Below, piece after piece: positions 1 through 11,893 of a stretch of 64,000 bases of DNA. The position numbers and the translations under genes were made by a program. How positions within the stretch are numbered: the first letter of the stretch is position 1; each line of letters starts with the position of its first letter. Source of the stretch: Anthoceros angustus (lineage: Eukaryota; Plantae; Anthocerotophyta); contig VJWM01000118.1 in the NCBI GenBank assembly GCA_010909165.1, positions 806,001 to 870,000 of the forward strand. Direction: 5' to 3'. A model generated the notes under the pieces. It worked only from the letters and a program-made list of their open reading frames with translations, was not told where the DNA came from and searched no databases.

Positions 1-352
1 GTGACTGCCACAATTCCACAGAGATCATGTCAAAGGCTAGGCATGTGCATCGACTGCCACAATTCCACAGAGATCATGTCAAAGGCTTGAATAGCAAGAC
101 ATTGTTGTAAGGGATGGGAACCATGTGCATTGCTGGTTGTTGCAGTTGTAAGGGTGGACGTGATAGTTAGTGACAACACATATGATAAAATATAATATTT
201 ATATATAAAATCACATCGGATAATATCTATGATTTTAGAATGAAAAATAATGAAAAAATATAATATAATAATACTTATATAATTTTAATAACATCATAAA
301 TATAAGATTTGTATATATATACCTATGATATCTTGTAATAATATTCACGTTA
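1..352. repeat. Tail of a ~1.69 kb tandem unit (copy of ~1696-2044)
   Basis: 1-352 matches ~1696-2044, including the doubled gactgccacaattccacagagatcatgtcaaaggct motif and the AT-rich tract. At 353 it jumps into the delta-COP fragment that starts the next unit. Confidence 0.85.
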
Positions 353-494
353 ACTGCTGGTGGCACCACAAACTCCATGGTCCCATTCCGATTGGTATTA
401 TCAATTAAGGTGATGGACCATTCCAGGTCCAGGACGGACTTTGGTGCATCATACGTCCAGTCTCCATCAACTTGATTCATGCTTGGTGGATCCT
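353..494 (-). pseudogene. Coatomer delta subunit (delta-COP) C-terminal mu-homology fragment, copy A
   Basis: Translation DPPSMNQVDGDWTYDAPKSVLDLEWSITLIDNTNRNGTMEFVVPPA matches the plant delta-COP C-terminus ([32 protein letters not shown]). It is truncated on both sides. Confidence 0.85.
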
Positions 495-511
495 TTGCCG
501 CAAAGATGGCA

Positions 512-975
512 AGGATGCTGCCATGCCCATTCAAACTGTGCACCAGAACACAACAGAACAGAGCGGTGGATCAACATCGAGTGTGCTCAGACACTCACGA
601 CTACAACACGGTCCAAGTTGACACACTCGCCTGTAATGCATCCACTTGTGTGTGGAAACCGTGCACGCAGAGAATGATGTTCCAGGGCCGGTTCTTCTTT
701 GTCAGCCATGCTCCCTGTTTGACCTGACCGTTGTGCTGCCTCAGACGCCTGCTCGGATTTACTGTGAATCTGTTCCACAACAGACACCTGCTGTCAGAAT
801 TACGGTCAAGCAGGTAAGCGAATTACCATTCCCTGCAGCTCCCAGCATACCCGATGTAGGTGCGACCCTTGCTGCGAGGATTCTCGGAACAAAGCAAATA
901 GAATGCGAAGAATGCACTCTGGTGTTCCTCCTCCTCCAGCGGCACATCGGCCAGCTCCGGCTCCTCCACCGGTTC
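512..975 (-). pseudogene. SLX1: SLX1 GIY-YIG endonuclease N-terminal domain, 3 exons, copy A
   Basis: Exons FFAFYLLCSENPRSKGRTYIG | FTVNPSRRLRQHNGQVKQGAWLTKKNRPWNIILCVHGFHTQVDALQ | FEWAWQH are separated by GT-AG-type introns. The rest of SLX1 is absent. Confidence 0.9.
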
Positions 976-3900
976 ATTTCTCCCAGAGTTCCCCCTTAGT
1001 GAATCGAAAAAGTGCCCAACAAAGCGAAGAAGAGGAAGATAGCTGCTGCCCAGATTTGACGGCGCTTGTGCTGGATTGGATTGCTTCAAGCTGCAGCAGT
1101 GGTGTCCCGAAAATATGACCGTTCACCGTTCCGTGTTCGTGGCAAGTATTCCACGGTCCCGATCCAGGGTCACCTGAACTGGACCCTGCTGGTAGCCTTT
1201 CTGATGATACCCCCACCATGCCTCAATAGATAAGGAGCGTCCCAAGGCATTGAGGTTTTGGATGTGGCTCATAATCCTTGTTGGGAGTTCAGGATGCACT
1301 CCTCAACGCCCTGATTGAGTGCCTTCCCGACTTGCAAGAGGTGGATGGAGTTCCTGTTTGAAAACTCGAAACGGTTTGCCGAGACGAGGTAGGATAGCTC
1401 CTTCTTTGCTTGGGGTCCGCAATGACCTTACGACTGCTTCCTACTGAGCCATGGCTTGTGAACCCCAGCCCGTTCGATCCCGCTCTTGGAGGTGAGGGCT
1501 CTGACGGAGGTGCAGAGGCTGAATACAGTATCCGGTTCTTGCAGCTGATTATACTTTTCTGGAAGAGTTATAGAGGACACTGTCTTACAATCCAGTGATG
1601 GATGCGGCACCTGGTCATCCTCCAACATCAGGCTTCTTGACAGATTCAGTGGGACACCTCTAGTGGTAACTAAGAATCAACCGTAGGCATGTGGAGTGAC
1701 TTGCCACAATTCCACATAGATCATGTCAAAGGCTAGGCATGTGCATGGACTGCCACAATTCCAGAGATCATGTCAAAGGCTTGAATAGCAAGACATTGTT
1801 GTAAGGGTTGGGAACCATGTGCATTGCTGGTTGTTGCAGTTGTAAGGGTGGACGTGATAGTTAGTGACAACACATATGATAAATATAATATTTATATATA
1901 AAATCACATCGGATAATATCTATGATTTTAGAATGAAAATAATGAAAAATAAATATAATAATACTTATATAATTTTAATAACATCATAAATATAAGATTT
2001 GTATATATATACCTATCGATATCTTGTAATAATATTCACGTTAAACAGTGGCAAACACTCGCTGCCTAGCCATAAAAACATTAGGAGAATGAGACACCCT
2101 CAACATCTATATTACATCTAGAGAAATTTGATGATCATATATATAGAGGATATTAATAATACTTACAAGATATCTAAAACGTATAAATTGGCATATATAT
2201 AATTATATAAATATTATAAATATTATATATATATATAATATTATATGACAACATGTGTGACTTCCATATGAAAAATAATCTATATTGAAAATATCATCAT
2301 ACGTATTTTATCTTGATAACGTGGATAAAATAAATTTATGAAAAAAAATTATGATTACCTTATAACAAACACTTCTCAAGAAGAATGTTCTTTCATGTAA
2401 GAATCTTAAAACATCCATAGAGGTATGAACATATGGTAAATATATGGATTAAAAGGAATAATTTTATTGATCCTATATCAGAAAATTTAGCATGTTAGTA
2501 TGAACTATATGCATATACAAGCAATGCGAATTTTGATATCTTAATCTACTAGCAAAAATTATACATAAAACAATATGCGATGTATACTTTTACACATATA
2601 TAATATTCAATATACTAATATTCAGTTACTCATGGTTATTTGTGATATACATATGGACTCCATATTAACTATTACTATATATAAACTACATGGCACCAAT
2701 AGATAATATGATATTAGACTCATATAAAAGTCATCGTGACTTAAGAAGTGTATTTATGCATACAATTCATATTATCACATACAAATGCCGTATCCTATAA
2801 ATATGAAGTCATTATAAAATAGTCTGACATTAGAATTATAGGAAAAGTACATGATAATTATAAACTAAAATACTATGGAGATTTTATGTTTTTTATATAT
2901 TGTGGATTCCATATGGTCACGGTTTGAAAAACGTGGCCCTTTAGTTTTGTGGATGAGTTGCAGATAAAAAGGCTTCTCCATTCTCCACAGCGACGATGCG
3001 AAGTCCCTTGGCTTGTCTGGTAAAGTCTTCGTACATATTGATTGCTTCATCCATGATTGATTGATTGCCTCATCCATGATTGAGCAGTAGTGTTCATTCT
3101 TGATATTTTTCGATTTCACGCAAGAGAATCCATGGAGGAGTCTTGGGAGAAGGCGATGCGAGAAGTCATCGCGAGGAGATGACGTGAGAGGTCATCGCCA
3201 GTCACTCTTTTGCGGAGCCCTAAGTTGATCATTATTCATGATTATTAATTATGATTATATGATCACGAGTATATGATGGAACAGGGCAAGCCTCTTGGAC
3301 TGTCTTGATGGCTAATTATGGAACACTGCAGACTTACTGTGGGCACAGTTCAATGTGTGAGCTCTTGGAAACAAAGGTTTTTTTAGGGGTACTTCTCATT
3401 TTTATGTGAAACGACGCAGTGCCTTCGAACTGCCATTGTGAAAGGCCCTTGAGGCACTTTGCATAGACATGTTCATCAAACTGTTGGCCACAAGCTTGCA
3501 CTTCAGATTTATGGCCTGTATAAATGAAAGACGATGATCCCATCGGGAATTGCCACATTCAACAAGAGATCCAGCTGGAACGCTATTTCCTCATGCCGGA
3601 TCCACAATTCAGGTCTGCTACCTAGCTTTAGTCCTGGTGCTTGCCATGCTGCTCCATCCTCGTACTCCCGGGCCCCACCTGTTGCTGAGCCGAAACTCGG
3701 GTTTGATCAATGTGATCCGGTAGAGGAGCAGATGAAGTTGGAATGTGCTGACCTGATGCAGGTGAGTTGGAAGAGCTGCAGAAAGAATTTCTTGTGGTTG
3801 AAGGTAGCTAGGCTGGGATCCTGTTGAGCCTATTGCTGCCCAACCCGCATCACTCGTTTTGACTAAGATTGTTTGAACAGATGTGCGAAGAAGCAAAGTG

Positions 3901-4667
3901 GTGGCCACAGGACGCTTGGCTGCTCAAGAGGGGAAAGTTTCTGGCAAGGTAAGCTATCTTTCAAAGACCTTCCTATGCTTTGTTAGCAACATTCACATGC
4001 TTATTGTTTCCTGAAATCCTCTCTTCAAGCTGGGCACCTTGAGGATATTGTAGGAGACAAGATGTTCACGGCCTGCACGCACTTTGGGCAGAGGTAATAG
4101 CTAACTCTCGATGTGGGCCTCATGATAAATCATTCTCATTTTTTGATATGCGGTATATATTTTTATACTAGTGTATCCAATAAAACCAATCAACACCAGT
4201 CACATATAAAGAAGAAACTTGGACAAAAGAAGTATGAATGACTAGACTTGATCAGCTATGTGTCTTAAGTAATAGCTCTATCACATTGACAAAACTTGTA
4301 CTCATCGGCCAAACTTGCTTGAGAGCCATGGCGTTAGAGGCTGTCTCAGTCTACTGTTGGAAGCTATCTAGTGCGGTTGCGCAGTGGCTTGGGGACTACT
4401 GAAGGTTCAGGCTTGCTCTCAGACGAATTGTAGCCCCAGGCGCAGAGAATTGTCGCCTGCCCAGATAGTTGAACTCATGCTCCGCTCCCCACAGGAGGCC
4501 ACACAAATGCCACTGCCCTCTTCCTAACACACTGTTTTTCAGAGCCCACATAAAAGCACGCCAGGCACGCTACCAAGATGAGTCCTCGATGACTGTTATT
4601 TCCCTACAGACGGGAAGGGGAGAGGCCTACTTGATTCATGCTTGGTGGATCCTGCAGAGGCAGCTTC

Positions 4668-4871
4668 TGTTAGAGTTATAACAGTATAAGCTTAACTACG
4701 CTTAGGGTTAGGTTATATAAGTTAGAGTAATATATCCAAAGGTTGCATAGTGAAGGGTTGTTTTAGTATAAAAGACCAACACTTATTCGTTTTTGTATTA
4801 TCTTTTTTTATTCTGAATTAGATTGTGCTTTGTTTTCTCTCGTGCATTCTGACCATGGTTCAAACCGAACA
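4668..4871 (+). repeat. 5' LTR of copia 1 (204 bp)
   Basis: TG...CA ends; direct repeat of 11264-11466; immediately followed by the PBS. Confidence 0.93.
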
Positions 4872-4883
4872 TGGTATCAGAGC
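4872..4883 (+). promoter_or_regulatory. Primer binding site (tRNA-iMet)
   Basis: TGGTATCAGAGC directly after the LTR-terminal CA. Confidence 0.93.
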
Positions 4884-5373
4884 CCTGCTTTCGATGCTCA
4901 CCTTGAGACTATGACCAGATCCAAACTAACCACACGATATGCATATCTTGGCACACAATGGAGTGAATATGAAATTCTCCGGCGTTTGTGGATTGAGGCA
5001 ATTAATGCCTTATTTTGGTTATCTTACTGGTATTATCTCATGACAAATGGCAATCATGACCAGGTTGCTATTGTGACATCGCAACGGTTGAATCGACGAG
5101 TATGGACTAGTTTCGATCTCAACCCTAGATCCTATGTTACTCCGCTGCGTAATCGCATGAGGAATTAAAGCATATTTATTGATAATCAGACATTTGGTGT
5201 TTTGGAAAAGCAACCGGGATTTCAGCAAAATCCCACAATTATTTACATATAATTGGGAGTTTCTGCTGAAGCCCAGGATGCTCCTCCTGCACACAATTGT
5301 CAGCAATAATTACAATAAATTAAAATGCTGAAGAAATTATGACAGCGTTTTCTGTTCTCCTAAATTCTGGAAA

Positions 5374-5895
5374 ATGCCTTCTCACAAGCGATCTGCCAGA
5401 TTGAATAGATCTGCAAACGACAGAAACAGGCGTCAGTCTATTCCTATAGCAATCGACGAAGACGCCAGCCCTATTCACACACCTGCTGATCGAAGACGAG
5501 AAGAAGATCAAGAGATTGCAACCTTGTTCCCTGAAATCCTTGGTGTATACAGAGTATTGAGTGACCGTCTGACCAGAATGGAGGAAATCCTGTTTAGGCT
5601 GATCGCCAGACAGGGTTTGAATTCAGCACGTATGCACGTGAACCTCACAGACAGGCTTGAATCCTTCTTCACAGATACCAATGGACGTTTGGAGTTGCTG
5701 TCTCAAGACCTGAATTATTTGCTGGAAGTTGTATGCAGCCAGAATCGCCGTGACACAACAATCTCTGTTGTTCAACCTCACGTAGCATTGTATCTTCCGA
5801 CTTTGGTTCCCGCTCGAGACAGATTAGATGCTGAAAAAGTGACCAACTTCGCAGCAACAGAGGTCAACAGCAAGCTTAGATCTGAATCGCCGTGA
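5374..5895 (+). CDS. Extra ORF (173 aa) between PBS and gag of copia 1, unknown function
   Basis: Uninterrupted ATG-to-stop ORF with an Arg-rich N-terminus and a helical-looking Leu-rich middle; no motif recognised. Confidence 0.5.
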   Translation: MPSHKRSARLNRSANDRNRRQSIPIAIDEDASPIHTPADRRREEDQEIATLFPEILGVYRVLSDRLTRMEEILFRLIARQGLNSARMHVNLTDRLESFFTDTNGRLELLSQDLNYLLEVVCSQNRRDTTISVVQPHVALYLPTLVPARDRLDAEKVTNFAATEVNSKLRSESP

Positions 5896-6140
5896 CTTGC
5901 GACGTTTCAGCAGGAAAGGGAAGCCTGTCCCGTGACACCTGCACCAACGGTCATGCACCCTTACGGTTAGGGTACATCGTTTCATACTTACAAGTTTTTT
6001 TAATGGGCTACTTACCTGTTTTTAGTTTGCAGTGTAACGTTTCGGCATGACGTTTCGTGCACCCCTTAAGTAGTCCCTTTTCGCATGCTTGTTTAAGATT
6101 GTTGTAGCCTCAGTCTCAGAATCCTGCAGGCTAGACATAA

Positions 6141-9100
6141 ATGGATACTAGTCCACCTCCTCCACCACTTCCTCCTGGCTCGTTCAATCCTATCTTTACG
6201 TCTGATCTCAAAGAGAAAGATAGGTTCACAGGTCAGAGGTATGAAGTGTGGAAAGTACGCATGAAATCGACATTGCTAGCTAGAGGAGTTTGGGGCATTG
6301 TAGATGGCTCAATACCTGAGCCTGACCCAAACAAAACAAAAGGAGAAAAAGACAAATGGGCACATGCAAACAGCATTTCCATTGCCCTCCTTGTTGGTGG
6401 TCTCTCTGAGGATCTCATTCCTCAAATTGAGTTCCTGACAAAAGCCAGTGAGATCTGGAAGCAGTTGGAGAATCAATACCAGGTCAACAATGTCCTTACA
6501 CTCTGTACCCTCAGAATGGAATTCTATGGACTAAGAATGCGGGAAGGAGACAAGGTGCTTGCTCACACCAGCAAGTTCAGACATCTCCGAGCACAACTTA
6601 CCTCCACGGGTACTGTAATGGACGAAGTTGATGCTGTAGCCCAACTATTAGCCAGTCTCCCACCTAGCTATCAATCATTTGTATCCGCCAACAATGTTCC
6701 CATCAGGCAAGCAAAGGCTGCTGGTGCTGCTGGGAAATCCTCCTCACTCACCTTAGATGAGGTCATTGGTGCACTCTTCCGGGAAGAGCGAGTAGACACC
6801 GCCGTGGTCCGACGTTCCAAAGTCGACAGGTGCTCACCGCTTTGTCGAGGTGGCCAAAGAGGAAAACAGCGGATGCAACAGCCTTTTCAAGGCAGTCGAT
6901 TTGACGATCCCCGACATGATGCAGGTTCAACCTCCACAGCCAAGAAAGCGAGGCCGTGTGGTCACCACAGTCCTTGGGCACGGGGCTGTAGAAAAAGCCG
7001 GAGCCATGCGAGGCCTCCGTTCTGCTGCAAGTGCCACCATGAAAGAAAACTGGTGACACCACAAAGCCAGTGGTTAAAATCCTAACAGTTTGCCTTTCTT
7101 CCCTTACAGGTGATAAGGCAACATGGTACTTGGATTCTGGGGCCACAGCACATATATGTAGAGATGAGTCTCTCTTTGAGTCTCTCACCCGCTCTTCTAA
7201 TATAGATAGAGTTTATTTGGGTGATGAGCAGAATACCACTAGCCTGCAGATACAAGGACAGGGATCCTGCACATTCAGGCTACATGATGGTTCCCTGCTC
7301 ACCTTGACAGATGTTCTCTATGTCCCTAAAATGGCAAAGAACCTCTTGTCCTTAAGCAAACTCCTACAACTCAGACGTTTCAAGCTTACTGCTCATGACG
7401 ACTTTTGCTGTTTCTCCAGAGTGACCTCACCTTCGATATGTGTTTTCAAGGCCTTACCAGAACATGATTTGTATCGTCTGGATTTCACCTGCTTGCCATA
7501 AAGCAGAAACACGGCTTATGCAACAAGTGTCGGAAACCTTACGGCACAACAGCAGTCTATTTTATGGCATGCCCGGCTTGGCCATCTTAATCGCAAGACC
7601 CTGGCATCCATACATAAAATGATCACATGAGCCGCTGCCTACACCTCAAGGAGCTTCCATTGTGTGAGACATGTGCTCTCGCAAAGCAGAAGGAGTTGCC
7701 GTTCCCTGCTGGCCCCGCACATAGGTCCACGCAATCCCTTGAACTTGTCCATGGTGATATTTCTGGCCGCCTTCAGGTTTCTTCACTTGGGGGGGCAGAC
7801 TATTATTTCACCATCACTGATGACTATACCAGACTCACATGGACATTCCCCATGAAAAGGAAAAATGAGACCTTCCCCATCTTCCAAGACTGGTTGGTTA
7901 CAGTTCAGCGCCAGACTGGGTGCTTGTTAAAAATCTTTCGATCTGACAATGGCACCGAGTTCGTGAATCAGTCGTTCACAAACCTATTTTCAGAACACGG
8001 CATCATTCATCAATTAATAGTGCCGTATACCCAGCAATAGAATGGCGTTGCAGAACGTAAAAACCAGACTTTAATGGGAATGACAAGAGCAATGTTACTG
8101 TGGTCAGGTTTACCATCACCTTATTGGGCAGAAGCTGTCGTGACAGCTACCTACATTCTGAACAGACTGCCCACAAGTTCTCTTGCTGCCAAGACACCAT
8201 ATGAACTCTTATGGAAGAGGAAACCAAGTCTTCTCCATCTCAGGGTTTTTGGCTCTAAGGCCTACGCATATATCCCTGCAGAGAAGAGACGCAAGTTAGA
8301 TGACCGGTCAAGAAGGCTCATCTTTGTGGGTTATAGTGAAACTGTGAAGGCTTACAAGTTGATAGACCCCACAACTCTGCAACCTACTCTTGCGAGAAGC
8401 CACTTTTATGGAATCCTTACAGCCTGCCTCACTTACTGCAGAGTCTGTTGAGCAACTTGTAGTTCCAGAGGACGTGACCAGCAATGAGGCACCCACAGGC
8501 TTACATTCCTTGTATCCCATGGATGTGGATGGCACAGTCCCCGCTGTGACAGTTGGTGATGCACAGGCAGATGTTGTTCCTCCCATTGCCGATCTGGATG
8601 TCAATCCAAATGGAAATCCAGCAGTTGCTGATGATGCTGCTAGTGATCACTTAGAAGAGCGTCCAGCACTTACAGCAGACGATGAGTTAGTCCTAGACCC
8701 AGATCCAATGGGTTATCATGCTGCAGGCATGGATCAAGGTAACTTAGAGGAAGATGAATATCCTTTTATTCCGGAAGATGACTTACTTGCAGATGATGAC
8801 TATCTTATGCCTGCCGCTGTTGAACCAACTTCACCTGTAGCTTTGGCACCTCCAGAAGATGATGGACCACGTAGGTCAACCCGCTACAGGCCTCCACCCT
8901 CGGAATGGAATGAACCACGTTATCAGTCTGTTGACTTTCGCCACTCTGCAGGAGCTGTAACTTCTCCTCCACCTGTCCCACCAGAACCTGCCAACCTCAC
9001 TGAAGCTTTCACAGGTCCTGATAAGGACAAATGGAAATTCGCCGTGGATGATGAGTACAACAGCCTAATGAAAAATGGCACATGGAAGTTAGTTCCTGCA

Positions 9101-10525
9101 TTACGTGAAGGCTGCTATTATAAATGGGTCTTCAAGCATAAATTAAATGCAGATGGGAAGATAGCCAGATATAAAGCACGACTTTGTGCTCGAGGATTCA
9201 CGCAAGTTGCAGGTCTCGACTATCAGGAGACATTCTCTCCTGTTGTTCGTGCCCAATCTCTTCGATTACTCTTTGCCTTAGCAGCTGAATACGACCTTGA
9301 ACTGCAGCAGATGGATGTATGCACTGCTTTTCTCCATGGCATTCTGGAAGAAGAACTGTATATGGAGCAGCCCGAAGGCTATGTTGATCCTGCACATCCG
9401 GAGCATGTGTGCCTATAATAAAATGCCTTTATGGCTTGAAGCAAAGTCGTGACCCAGGCCGTGTACCGCCGATGACAAGGCACTAAAAGGACTTGGTTTT
9501 CGTCAGTGTGCAGCAGACTCAAATGTTTATGTGTTACAAAGAGGGGCAACTTACGTGATTCTTGCTCTCTACGTAGACGACGTCATTCTCGCTGCAAATG
9601 ATACTGTCCTGCTGGCACAAGTGAAAGACATGTTACAACAAACTTTTGAAATGACCGACAGTGGGGATCTCCTGTTCTGCCTTGGCATACAAGTGTTGAG
9701 GGTCCGTTCAGAGGGACTATTGATAATCCATCAACACAAGTATATAGCAGAAATTCTACACAAGTTTAACATGGGCCATGCACATTCAGCTACCACACCA
9801 GGTGCTGTGGGTGCTAAGCTAACAAGGTATGAATGTGCTACGACTGAAGCTGATCAACAGGACATGCGTGATATTCCATATCGTCATGCTGTAGGAAGCT
9901 TAATCTTTGTTAGTAACTGGACAAGACCTGATATCCAGCACTCCGTAAGCACTGTTTCACAATTCTTAGAAAACCCAGGCCGTGATCGGACACGATGAAG
10001 AATATTTCGATACTTGAAAGGGACTCATCATATAGGCCTTTGCTATAGGAGCAGTGGTACGAGACACTTATCTCTTCAAGGGTTCACCGACGCAGACTGG
10101 GCTTCAGACAGTGACTCCCGAAAAAGCCTCTCCACATACGCTTTTCTCCTGTCCCAAGCAGCTGTCAACTGGAGCTGCAAGAAGCAGACCATTATAGCCC
10201 TCTCCAGCACTGAGGCTGAATATAAGTCTCTTACGGATGCTACGAAAGAAGTGGAATGGGAGCGTACGTTTTTAAAGGATATCGGAGAGACACAGGATGG
10301 TCCCACTAACCTCTTTTGTGACAACCACCCATGATCGCTTTGGTAGCTAACCCCGCTTCCATGCCCGTACAAAACATATCGAGATCCATCATCACTATGT
10401 TAGGGATGTGAGAGGGAATTGTCAAGATCCTCTATGTGCCAGATGCTAATACATCCTAACAAAGGCCCTGCCCAAAGACAAGCATCAGAAACATATGGAA
10501 GGCCTTGGCCTGTTTAATTACAGCC
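6141..10525 (+). CDS. Copia 1 gag-pol polyprotein (several frameshifts and stops)
   Basis: ORFs 6141, 7070, 7627, 8074, 8390, 9531 and 10014 carry gag, PR, IN (LELVHGDISG, KIFRSDNGTEF), RT and RH motifs in copia order. Confidence 0.92.
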
Positions 10526-11254
10526 AGTACTTCAAAGCAAAGTGAGGGAGACTTACGGGTGAGGACCCGCCCCTGATGTTGTTGTTAATCCTGTTTGTTC
10601 TCCGTCTCGCCGACACAGGTCGAGAGGCAGAGGGTTAAAGAACACCAAATTCCGGCAGCAGGTGGATGAAGCTCCACGTTTTCTAACTGACCTGGATGCT
10701 GGAATATCACCGCTCTCTCTCCTGCCTTTCTTTGAGCAGCTGAAGCAGCTTCTCTGCTTCGTGAAGTGGCTTGAGCAAGCTGGCGTTCTCTCCTACATCT
10801 GCTGGCAAAACGCCTTCCTCTTCCATTTTCACTGGCCTGCTCCAACACAGTTTCACATCAAGTGAAATCTTCCAACCACCAAGTGTCACACTCGAGCCCA
10901 GGACATGGCGTTCATCCCACTCGTCAGCCTTCGGAGGCATAGGGCGCGGCGGCTGTTTCTTCTACCTCCCTCCCTCTTTCTTGCTCTGCTCATGCACGGG
11001 GCTTGCAGCCTCCCTTCTTCCCGCTTCACGCCCGGGAGCCATGGTGATCAGCAGACTGAGAATATTCACGCAAGTGTACACGACTGTGATGAAGGCAGCG
11101 TAAGCTGTCGCGATATTCATAGCCATCCTGCCAACTCAGGCGCACAGGGGCGCACTTGATTGTAGTTGTTGGGCGTAATCGCCTACGTCCCTCAACCTTC
11201 CGCTGCGCGCTCCTTGTGATTGTCCTTTGGATGCCTCTCTAAGCTCGTACGCTT

Positions 11255-11263
11255 AAGGGAGGG
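11255..11263 (+). promoter_or_regulatory. Polypurine tract of copia 1
   Basis: AAGGGAGGG abutting the 3' LTR. Confidence 0.85.
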
Positions 11264-11466
11264 TGTTAGAGTTATAACAGTATAAGCTTAACTACGCTTA
11301 GGGTTAGGTTATATAAGTTAGAGTAATATATCCAAAGGTTGCATAGTGAAGGGTTGTTTAGTATAAAAGACCAACACTTATTCGTTTTTGTATTATCTGT
11401 TTTTATTCTGAATTAGATTGTGCTTTGTTTTCTCGTGCATTGACCATGGTTCAAACCGAGCCGACA
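11264..11466 (+). repeat. 3' LTR of copia 1
   Basis: Repeat of 4668-4871 with a few small indels; the right end is slightly ambiguous (accgagccgaca). Confidence 0.88.
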
Positions 11467-11669
11467 CGGTAAGCTTTGGTCTCTGGTGAGAATCGAGGAG
11501 CAATGTCTCCTCAACCAAGGGTCTGCATTCAAGAGTCCGGTACCGCAGGCACCAAATTTGATTTCTCCGATGGCATCATCTCCTCGGAGGACATGCCCGG
11601 GGCTCTCATGCCCGGTTTGCTTGTCGGTGGTGACTCAGGAGCGGCTTTGCTCCTTGGCCACCCTCCTCT

Positions 11670-11893
11670 TGATGAGAATCATACACAAGCTCTAGCAATA
11701 TGTGTTGCATTACATTCATAATAGAAAGTACATGCCTTTATGTAGGCAAGGTAGTTGTAACCAATAAGTGGTTGTAACAACTAACCAATTAAATAACTAC
11801 TAAAAGAAACTACCTAGAGCCCTAAGGACTAAATTAATTATTAAGTCCTAGGTGCCCTAGTGAAGAGTGCCCTAATAGTAAGCTATTTTATCA
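11670..11893 (-). repeat. 3' LTR of copia 2 (~224 bp)
   Basis: tgatgagaatcatacac...gctattttatca; nearly identical to 19009-19230. Confidence 0.9.

Larger units (their letters stand above)
353..4333. repeat. Segmental duplication, copy A (copy B at 37921-41908, same orientation)
   Basis: Colinear high identity from aactgctggtggcaccac to cttgagagccatggcg in both places, covering the SLX1 and delta-COP pieces and a 1 kb AT-rich tract. Confidence 0.92.
4668..11466 (+). mobile_element. Ty1/copia LTR retrotransposon 1
   Basis: Near-identical LTRs start TGTTAGAG at 4668 and 11264; Met PBS and PPT are present. Domain order is gag (UBN2-type), protease WYLDSGATAHIC, integrase, RT (YKARLCARGFTQ, LYVDD), RNase H (GFTDADWA). 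No TSD was found. Confidence 0.95.

Noticed and set aside
1-120. Short direct repeats resembling a CRISPR array
   Set aside because: Only two units with no unique spacer series, eukaryotic context, no cas genes.
1200-1300. F-box-like motif (ELPTRIMSHIQN)
   Set aside because: Too weak and flanked by stops; cannot be supported without a profile search.
4560-4667. Evidence for intron loss (RNA-mediated capture) in delta-COP, from GTAGGC after the 25-nt patch
   Set aside because: No downstream VDGDW exon follows any plausible acceptor, so the donor-like sequence may be chance.
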